IMG/VR virus record: IMGVR_UViG_2778261229_000002
Location: 1-34,933 of that record
DNA length: 34,933 nucleotides
Origin: a virus
Lineage: Duplodnaviria; Heunggongvirae; Uroviricota; Caudoviricetes
Strand: one strand, 5' to 3'
Shown here: in pieces, positions 1 through 5,309 of the stretch
Numbering within the stretch: position 1 is the first letter of the stretch
Layout: each line of letters begins with the position of its first letter
Position numbers and translations under genes: made by a program
Notes under the pieces: generated by a model
What the model saw: the letters and a program-made list of their open reading frames with translations, nothing else
What the model was told of the DNA's origin: nothing
The model's database searches: none

Positions 1-780
1 GACGAAATTTGGGAAAAGGGCCTGTGATGATCCAGACGCAGCACGAATAGAAGCCTCTACCGTTCTTCCTGTTTCCGTAGCAACTAAGCCAGCACCGTCT
101 TTTGATGCTAGCTTGATTGCCAAATCTGCCGTTTCAGTTTGCCCTGCAATCGGAACAGGATCCCCCTGGTCATTGAATCCAATCAGCATATTTGCTCTGG
201 CTCGTACAGATGCCATGATTCCTACCTGACTTTCCGGAACTCGCAAAGTTCGCTGGAAAAGACCATCTGCATGATGAGTGCTGTCATTGTCTCCCGAGTC
301 CACATAAGATTTTGTTGCTGCATCCTGTGCCTGTGACGGGTCACGCAGATTACGAATGCGGTTGTTGAGTGCGTCGTAATAGTTCGCGATGAACGACGGC
401 TTACGCAGCGCCAGGCGGAGAAAGCTGAAGCACTGCTGGATAAGCATGGTCAGCTTGTCGAACGCATCCTCATGTACCTCTGCGAAAAATTTCCCCTGGT
501 TACGCAGATCAGTCTCCTGGGTAACAGGCAAGTCACGTGAGATAGAGATTTGCCATCCGTTGGCCAGAGGTGACATCAACACAACGCTCCCACCTGAATA
601 GCTTCCCGCCCCGGTAACGGAGTAATCGGTATCCAGAGTAAGTACCGTAATATTTTCGTTAAGGTCAGCAACCTGTACTGTCAGATCTGACTTCTTGAAG
701 ATACGAAACTTGTACGGGAAAGATGTGGTAACGCCGTTACCAGTGTATTCGTTGTGGTCAACTTCGGTTGAGACCGTCAT
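1..780 (-). CDS. Tailspike / tail fibre protein, N-terminal virion-attachment domain (gene runs off the left edge)
   Basis: Minus-strand frame is open from the ATG at 778-780 to the window edge. It translates to MTVSTEVDHNEYTGNGVTTSFPYKFRIFKKSDLTVQVADLNENITVLTLDTDYSVTGAGSYSGGSVVLMSPLANGWQISI, which I recognise from memory as the conserved N-terminal domain of epsilon15/phiV10-type tailspikes. Not in the ORF track because there is no stop inside the window. Confidence 0.6.
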   Translation of the reverse strand, partial: MTVSTEVDHNEYTGNGVTTSFPYKFRIFKKSDLTVQVADLNENITVLTLDTDYSVTGAGSYSGGSVVLMSPLANGWQISISRDLPVTQETDLRNQGKFFAEVHEDAFDKLTMLIQQCFSFLRLALRKPSFIANYYDALNNRIRNLRDPSQAQDAATKSYVDSGDNDSTHHADGLFQRTLRVPESQVGIMASVRARANMLIGFNDQGDPVPIAGQTETADLAIKLASKDGAGLVATETGRTVEASIRAASGSSQALFPNFV

Positions 781-883
781 GTTAAATCTCCAGATAGTCG
801 CAGCACCCGTTGCGCCGCATATCTGGTTATTCTATTACCTGAAAAACCATATATGTATAGAAAGACTGTAAATACAAATAGAT

Positions 884-900
884 ATTACCTTTATGGTAAT
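884..900. promoter_or_regulatory. Operator-like 17-bp palindrome ATTACCTTTATGGTAAT
   Basis: Perfect inverted half-sites ATTACC/GGTAAT with a 5-bp spacer. Same motif recurs at about ten intergenic sites (see findings). Confidence 0.5.
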
Positions 901-936
901 TTGCAAAACGTGCTGGATAGCAAACAAATTATTTGA

Positions 937-956
937 TACTGTATAAATATACAGTT
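937..956. promoter_or_regulatory. LexA (SOS) box TACTGTATAAATATACAGTT
   Basis: Matches the CTGT-N8-ACAG core of the E. coli LexA consensus TACTGTATATATATACAGTA. Lies about 20 bp upstream of the ATG at 976. Confidence 0.7.
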
Positions 957-975
957 ATTGCATGGAGAAGATAAG

Positions 976-1233
976 ATGCAGCGGTATCACTATCCACTGG
1001 AAGACGGATTTACCGAAAGGATTCACACGCCGGGAGGCGTCAGGTCACTGGTGGAGGGATCGCACTTGATGAAATTACTCCGGGATCTCGATAAGGATGG
1101 ATTTAATGTCGATGGCCCACTTGCCGAACTGACTGCACTGATTAACTACGTCACCAGCTCACAGATGTCTATGCAGGATCTGCAAACACATCTCGACTAT
1201 TGTGCCGAACAATTACGAAAACAAACCACATAA
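976..1233 (+). CDS. Small protein paralogous to the C-terminal domain of the adjacent antirepressor; candidate SOS-inducible mini-antirepressor
   Basis: ORF-track frame 958..1233; I prefer the ATG at 976 preceded by GGAGAAG. Block HTPGGVRSLVEGSHLMKLLRDLDKDGFNVDGPLAELTALINYV...DLQTHLDY aligns by eye with [43 protein letters not shown]...DIQTHAEY in the 2692..3348 protein. Confidence 0.6.
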   Translation: MQRYHYPLEDGFTERIHTPGGVRSLVEGSHLMKLLRDLDKDGFNVDGPLAELTALINYVTSSQMSMQDLQTHLDYCAEQLRKQTT

Positions 1234-1255
1234 AGAAAAGGCCGCGAAAGCGGCC
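1232..1255 (-). terminator. Intrinsic terminator hairpin GGCCGCGAAAGCGGCC (T-run on the minus strand)
   Basis: Perfect 6-bp stem with 4-nt loop at 1240-1255. On the minus strand it is followed by TTTTCTTTATG, directly after the stop of the 1257..1763 gene. Confidence 0.5.
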
Positions 1256-1256
1256 A

Positions 1257-1763
1257 TTAACAGTCGTAAAATTCTGGGTCCCACAAACTTGCATCGCGCG
1301 GCATGGATTCTAACTTTTTCAGCCGCAAAATTCTGTCACACTCGACAACTAATTTTTGCTTCTGCTCGTCAATTTCTACTGTCTTATGCGCTGGTTCATC
1401 CCAATAATCCAGAAGGAAGGCATGGCGTTCAGATGTGACCAGATAAATCACATACACGTCACTGGTTGGGATCTTTTTATGCTTGTTAGTGGTCTTGTCT
1501 TTCTTCCCAGACGCCCAGTTTTTCCAGCATTGTTCCGTACCGCTCTCACCAAACTTGTCAGTATAGTTTCCGATGTTTAAGTGAACGTGGCGTATGTGAT
1601 ATTCCAGCATCTCTTTCGGTGGATCTCGAAACAGAGTGTCCTTTCCGAAATCCTTATGATGACCGTAGCGCCAGTGATCTATGAACGCGTTTTTGATAGG
1701 TATTAGCTCAGGGTCCTTCCCAAAAATTCCAGGGTGAACCAACCCCTGGAATTTATTCGGCAT
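1257..1763 (-). CDS. Hypothetical protein, 168 aa, His-rich (cargo cassette 1, distal gene)
   Basis: ORF-track frame 1257..1838; I prefer the internal Met (MPNKFQGLVHPG...) because the upstream gene stops at 1753, leaving a short gap. Contains YGHHKDFGKD...YHIRHVH. No family assignable from memory. Confidence 0.5.
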   Translation of the reverse strand: MPNKFQGLVHPGIFGKDPELIPIKNAFIDHWRYGHHKDFGKDTLFRDPPKEMLEYHIRHVHLNIGNYTDKFGESGTEQCWKNWASGKKDKTTNKHKKIPTSDVYVIYLVTSERHAFLLDYWDEPAHKTVEIDEQKQKLVVECDRILRLKKLESMPRDASLWDPEFYDC

Positions 1764-2268
1764 CGTCGTAGAGCTCCTGAGCCATGTCTTCAGCAGTGCG
1801 TGCAAACATCCTTCGAGAAATTGCATGCGATTTTTCAACAGACATCTTTGGTACTTCTCGCATTACAACCTCATGTGACGCTGTAGGCTTAAAAGATGAC
1901 TTATAATACCGCTTTATCATCTCAACTAATTGCTGCTTATCCTTGGAGCGTCCAGTTTCGATTAGCCTTGACTCGTAAGGTCGCATTATATTCGTTTGAC
2001 ATGAGGCACGATGAAGCTTATCTGCCAAGATTCCTTCAAAAGATGTGCCCCGGATTTTTAACAATGCCTCATGCTGGTCGTATTCAGTGATGAACATAAC
2101 CGGGTATTTTTGCTCAACTTCTTCATCATGAATCCTGATGGCATTGGCAGTTGCTATGGCAGCAGCATAAGCGGCTGCTTCAATCACCATCTTTTTCTCT
2201 TTTTCTTTTTCAGACTTTTTCAAGGTCAAGCGTCTATGCCTCATCGCTGCAACTCTCTTCGTGTTCAT
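1753..2268 (-). CDS. Hypothetical protein, 171 aa (cargo cassette 1, proximal gene)
   Basis: ORF-track frame 1753..2280 begins with TTG; I prefer the ATG at 2268 (MNTKRVAAMRHRR...) preceded by GGGGGTG. Basic/acidic low-complexity N-terminus (KKSEKEKEKK). No recognisable family. Confidence 0.5.
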   Translation of the reverse strand: MNTKRVAAMRHRRLTLKKSEKEKEKKMVIEAAAYAAAIATANAIRIHDEEVEQKYPVMFITEYDQHEALLKIRGTSFEGILADKLHRASCQTNIMRPYESRLIETGRSKDKQQLVEMIKRYYKSSFKPTASHEVVMREVPKMSVEKSHAISRRMFARTAEDMAQELYDDAE

Positions 2269-2279
2269 GGGCACCCCCA

Positions 2280-2327
2280 ACTACCTCTAGGGTAAACATT
2301 CTATCGAAAGTATACGCATACTGGCAA
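2280..2327 (-). promoter_or_regulatory. Promoter for cassette 1 (TTGCCA-18 bp-TAGAAT on the minus strand) with degenerate operator ACTACCTCTAGGGTAAA
   Basis: Reverse complement of 2298-2327 gives -35 TTGCCA and -10 TAGAAT with an 18-bp spacer. The operator-like palindrome at 2280-2296 sits over the predicted start site. Confidence 0.45.
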
Positions 2328-2376
2328 AAAAATAGGCAGGCATTTTCTGAAATGGGATCAATCAAACCACATAGGG

Positions 2377-2421
2377 TTGAAATAACGTGAGCTATGCATT
2401 TATTATTACCTTTACGGTAAA
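2377..2421 (+). promoter_or_regulatory. Rightward promoter (TTGAAA-18 bp-TATTAT) overlapped by operator ATTACCTTTACGGTAAA
   Basis: Hexamers at 2377-2382 and 2401-2406; operator at 2405-2421. Reads toward the structured leader and ant. Confidence 0.45.
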
Positions 2422-2511
2422 TTTACATCGCACTCCTCTTGTGCCATAGTAATCGGGCACTGGCAAAATCCAGTGCCGGGATTGGTCTCCCGGATTACTA
2501 AGTGGCGCATA

Positions 2512-2533
2512 CCACGCCAGACGTGGTTTTTTT
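2512..2533 (+). terminator. Intrinsic terminator CCACG-ccaga-CGTGG followed by TTTTTTT
   Basis: Hairpin at 2512-2526 plus a 7-T run, between the operator-controlled promoter and the ant start codon. Confidence 0.55.
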
Positions 2534-2691
2534 ATGCGTATAGCACAGTCATGCCAGAATTATGGTGGGCTGAATGGGGGTCCGAAAGGACGCCGGTACC
2601 ACTTAGGCCGGTAAGACCAACTCCGTTCAGTTCACCACCATCTGATTGGTCTCAGCGGTGGTGATGTAATTCGCTAAGTGGAGACGCCATC

Positions 2692-3348
2692 ATGAACGCT
2701 CAACTCATCCCCGTATTCAACGGCACTATATCTAACGAAACAGCCCTACTTTGTAATGCCCGCGATCTGCACGCTTTTTTAGGTGTTAAAAAGGTGTTTG
2801 CAGCATGGATTACAAATCGCATTTCAGAATACGAATTCATTGAAAATCAAGACTATATTTTGCTTTCCAATTTGGGAAAGCAAACATCTGGTAGAGGCGG
2901 CCACAACCGCAAAGAGTACCACCTCACCCTTGATACAGCCAAAGAGCTGGCGATGGTCGAGCGTAACGAAAAAGGTCGCCAGGTACGACGCTACTTCATT
3001 GAATGCGAGAAACGTTTAAGACAACAAGAAACAAAAGTGGAGAAGGTCTTGTCAGGCTTCATGCCAGCCATTATGGAGGCGATCAAGCTGGAAGACAAAA
3101 AAGAATACAGTGCCCCACTGAAGCCTGGCTACCGCAGTCTGATTCATTCTCCGTCTGGTGTTCTCGGCCTGACGGAGAACTCACTGCTGATGAATCTGCT
3201 GAACCAGTTACAGGAAGACGGGCACGACGTATCGGGCGCGGCGGCGGAGTTGACCACCATGTTCTGCTACATCGTCGGTGTGAGCAAATGCCTGCGTGAT
3301 ATCCAGACGCACGCGGAGTACATCAACGACAAAGCAGGGTTCTTCTGA
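2692..3348 (+). CDS. ant: Phage antirepressor (AntA/AntB-type N-terminal domain plus C-terminal domain)
   Basis: N-terminal block LIPVFNG...[35 protein letters not shown]...[33 protein letters not shown] matches the AntA/AntB antirepressor family as I remember it. GGAG lies 8 nt upstream of the ATG. Confidence 0.7.
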   Translation: MNAQLIPVFNGTISNETALLCNARDLHAFLGVKKVFAAWITNRISEYEFIENQDYILLSNLGKQTSGRGGHNRKEYHLTLDTAKELAMVERNEKGRQVRRYFIECEKRLRQQETKVEKVLSGFMPAIMEAIKLEDKKEYSAPLKPGYRSLIHSPSGVLGLTENSLLMNLLNQLQEDGHDVSGAAAELTTMFCYIVGVSKCLRDIQTHAEYINDKAGFF

Positions 3349-3356
3349 CAGAACGG

Positions 3357-3381
3357 AGGCACAGGGATGTGCCTTTAAAAT
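3357..3381 (+). terminator. Weak terminator-like hairpin AGGCACA-ggga-TGTGCCT followed by TTTAAAAT
   Basis: 7-bp stem immediately after the ant stop codon. The T-tract is short, so efficiency is uncertain. Confidence 0.35.
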
Positions 3382-3414
3382 AATCATTGGCGATGTGATG
3401 TAGATTCGCGTAAT

Positions 3415-3431
3415 ATTACCTTAAAGGTAAA
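3415..3431. promoter_or_regulatory. Operator-like palindrome ATTACCTTAAAGGTAAA
   Basis: Same motif family; lies 26 bp upstream of the ATG at 3457. Confidence 0.5.
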
Positions 3432-3456
3432 CCATGTGTTTACATGAGGAGGAGAT

Positions 3457-3666
3457 ATGGGATTTTGGTTCGCTCGTACAAAAACGAGGGATAATGCACC
3501 CAGCCCTCAGGCAAAAAATGCAGAAGTTCCGGCGTCAGCGCAGGTTAACAAGCGTGGTGGAGTATATATCTCATCACAGCAAATTTCTGAGCTTCCTGAG
3601 GTTAAGGAGATGCGTCGTCTCGCTGCTGCAATTGTTAAACAGGATCTTGCCACTGTAAGGAAGTAG
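3457..3666 (+). CDS. Hypothetical small protein, 69 aa (cargo cassette 2, first gene)
   Basis: Strong RBS GAGGAGGAG 3-11 nt upstream of the ATG. Stop TAG at 3664-3666 shares G3666 with the GTG start of the next gene. Confidence 0.55.
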   Translation: MGFWFARTKTRDNAPSPQAKNAEVPASAQVNKRGGVYISSQQISELPEVKEMRRLAAAIVKQDLATVRK

Positions 3667-4532
3667 TGTTGCTAGCTCTTCTAATTATCCCAATCCTGGT
3701 TAGCGGTTATATTATGATAACCGCTAACCAGTATCATTATTTCCGTTTATACCGACACGAAGGCCAGCTTCTTTATATGAAAGTAGCGGCACTAGGTACA
3801 TATTGCCTTGTTGCATCAGTAATAATTGCAGCCGCTATAAAATATAAATGGCCTGATTTTCACCTAGTTCACGATATGGTGGAAACTTTTAATGTAACAT
3901 CAAAACCAGAAACAGATAGAATTTACATGTGGCTGCTTCTTCTCTCAGCCACATCCATTTGCTTCTCTTTGTGTTATGTGTCTGTTGTGTGGGTGAAAGA
4001 TTTTCTTCTTGGTTGTTTTTATAAACGTGATATTTACGAGCAAAAAACAGAGGCAATGAAGGCCAGAGTACTGCGAAAAACTTACTCGCAAGGTTCTTTA
4101 GACTTACTATTGCTTGATGCTATTGAATCGGATCCTAAACGACCAATGTTGATTACTTTATCATCAAACAAAGTGTATGTTGGAATAATAAATGGTTCTG
4201 GTGAACCAACGGAAAATCAGGGTCCGCATCAGCACATATCTTTTGTTCCTTTAATGTCAGGATACAGGAACAAAGAAAACTTATCTGTCACATTCACTAA
4301 TGCTTATCCAGGAGAAATACAGGTCAAGCGGACTGCAGCAATAAGAGGAATTAGCAGAAAGAAAGTGCCAGGACTTGAGATCATGGTGTCTATTGACGAA
4401 ATAAGTTATATATCATGGTTTGATTTTGAAGTATATAAAGCAACAAATAACAAAGTAGAATCCAGGGGGCACGTTATTCGTGTTACCAAAAATGGAAGAA
4501 ATATATATCAAAGAAATAGCAAAAAAGAATAG
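3666..4532 (+). CDS. Hypothetical membrane protein, 288 aa, three N-terminal TM helices plus a soluble C-terminal domain of about 170 aa (cargo cassette 2)
   Basis: Hydrophobic segments LLALLIIPILVSGYIMI, VAALGTYCLVASVIIAAAI and IYMWLLLLSATSICFSLCYVSVVWV. Coding region is visibly AT-rich compared with flanking phage genes (by eye, not computed). Start could instead be the internal ATG about 40 nt downstream. Confidence 0.6.
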   Translation: MLLALLIIPILVSGYIMITANQYHYFRLYRHEGQLLYMKVAALGTYCLVASVIIAAAIKYKWPDFHLVHDMVETFNVTSKPETDRIYMWLLLLSATSICFSLCYVSVVWVKDFLLGCFYKRDIYEQKTEAMKARVLRKTYSQGSLDLLLLDAIESDPKRPMLITLSSNKVYVGIINGSGEPTENQGPHQHISFVPLMSGYRNKENLSVTFTNAYPGEIQVKRTAAIRGISRKKVPGLEIMVSIDEISYISWFDFEVYKATNNKVESRGHVIRVTKNGRNIYQRNSKKE

Positions 4533-4552
4533 CCCGCGCCGCGGGCTTTTTT
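4531..4552 (+). terminator. Strong intrinsic terminator (GCCCGCG hairpin followed by TTTTTT)
   Basis: GC-rich palindrome overlapping the TAG stop of the 288-aa gene, followed by six T. Confidence 0.7.
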
Positions 4553-4624
4553 GTAGACGAAACAAAAGTCAGTGCTACACTCATTGACGCCACATCGAGG
4601 TGGCTTATAGATGGAAATGTCACA

Positions 4625-4786
4625 ATGAAAAAAGCATTTGCTGCACTGTTCGTTTTGTTGTCTCTGGTAGCTTCAACTCAGGCCTTTGCCGGTCGTTGTC
4701 AGCACGACAGCGATACTGCCGCTGACGGCTCCCGCTGCGGTGGGCGTTCTGCGGATTCCCGCCCGGGCGGCGGTGGCATTCGTTAA
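4625..4786 (+). CDS. Small secreted peptide, 53 aa, with predicted signal peptide
   Basis: Translated by hand: MKKAFAALFVLLSLVASTQAFAGRCQHDSDTAADGSRCGGRSADSRPGGGGIR. Absent from the ORF track because it is under 60 aa. Candidate promoter TTGACG (4584-4589), 17 bp, TATAGA (4607-4612). No clear RBS. Confidence 0.4.
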   Translation: MKKAFAALFVLLSLVASTQAFAGRCQHDSDTAADGSRCGGRSADSRPGGGGIR

Positions 4787-4808
4787 AAACAAGGCCGCGA
4801 AAGCGGCC
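4784..4808 (-). terminator. Second copy of the GGCCGCGAAAGCGGCC terminator hairpin (T-run on the minus strand)
   Basis: Hairpin at 4793-4808; on the minus strand it is followed by TTGTTTTTAACG, directly after the stop of the 98-aa membrane-protein gene. Confidence 0.5.
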
Positions 4809-4809
4809 T

Positions 4810-4821
4810 GTGACATGTCAC
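4810..4821. repeat. 12-bp perfect palindrome GTGACATGTCAC (copy 1 of 3)
   Basis: Identical 12-mers at 4810-4821, 22023-22034 and 24324-24335. This copy overlaps the stop codon of the 4818..5114 gene. Confidence 0.6.
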
Positions 4822-5114
4822 GTTCCTTTTCTGAATGATAGCCGTTCGAAAAATGATGACATTCCACCGCAGACAATAGCAAAGATGATCCCACCAAAGA
4901 AGAGAAGGCCAGCCTGCCACCACTCCCACCGCCATACATCCACAGCACCAACCATACCAACAATCGCTCCAACAAATGGAATATAGCTCACGATGAAAGC
5001 AATGGGGGCTGCAATTATCCAGTGCAATCCCCACCATGATTCAAGCCCAGCCATAATTGCTGCCAACTGAAAAAGGCCAACGACGATATAAACAATGAAT
5101 CCTATCGCTTGCAT
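4818..5114 (-). CDS. Small integral membrane protein, 98 aa
   Basis: ORF track. At least three hydrophobic helices and a Trp-rich segment (VWRWEWWQ). Confidence 0.5.
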   Translation of the reverse strand: MQAIGFIVYIVVGLFQLAAIMAGLESWWGLHWIIAAPIAFIVSYIPFVGAIVGMVGAVDVWRWEWWQAGLLFFGGIIFAIVCGGMSSFFERLSFRKGT

Positions 5115-5126
5115 GTAGTCACCTAT

Positions 5127-5300
5127 TTACCCAGTAAAAATCAGAGGCCTCCCCTCAATAAGGCTTGCAACAAGAACTATTCCCTGCACAACAAAGATGA
5201 ACCAGCAAATAGCTTGAGTCTGAGGGTTAAGAAAATATTTGTAGCGGTCAATAAATAACAACCCACCAGAAATTATCACACTCAAAATAATTAAAAACAC
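5127..5300 (-). CDS. Small hydrophobic peptide, about 57 aa, two predicted TM helices
   Basis: Hand-translated from a GTG at 5298-5300 preceded by AGGAAG: ...FLIILSVIISGGLLFIDRYKYFLNPQTQAICWFIFVVQGIVLVASLIEGRPLIFTG. Under 60 aa, so not in the ORF track. Start codon is uncertain. Confidence 0.3.
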   Translation of the reverse strand: MFLIILSVIISGGLLFIDRYKYFLNPQTQAICWFIFVVQGIVLVASLIEGRPLIFTG

Positions 5301-5309
5301 AACACTTCC

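Noticed and set aside
1764-1838. N-terminal extension of the 1257..1838 ORF (first 25 codons)
   Set aside because: The extension overlaps the end of the upstream gene by 86 bp. The internal Met at 1763 gives a short intergenic gap typical of a coupled operon. The true start is still uncertain.
1257-2268. Endolysin or lysis function for the two cassette-1 proteins
   Set aside because: I compared them by eye with the lysozyme, lambda R transglycosylase, T7 amidase and M15 peptidase signatures that I remember and found no catalytic motif. Left as unknown function.
2456-2477. CACTGG-N6-CCAGTG inverted repeat as a possible second LexA box upstream of ant
   Set aside because: Spacing and half-site sequence do not fit CTGT-N8-ACAG. 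It is better explained as an RNA hairpin in the ant leader.
2473-2664. 63-aa ORF in the ant leader
   Set aside because: Pro/Trp-rich chance frame running across hairpins and a terminator. The region is more plausibly structured non-coding RNA.
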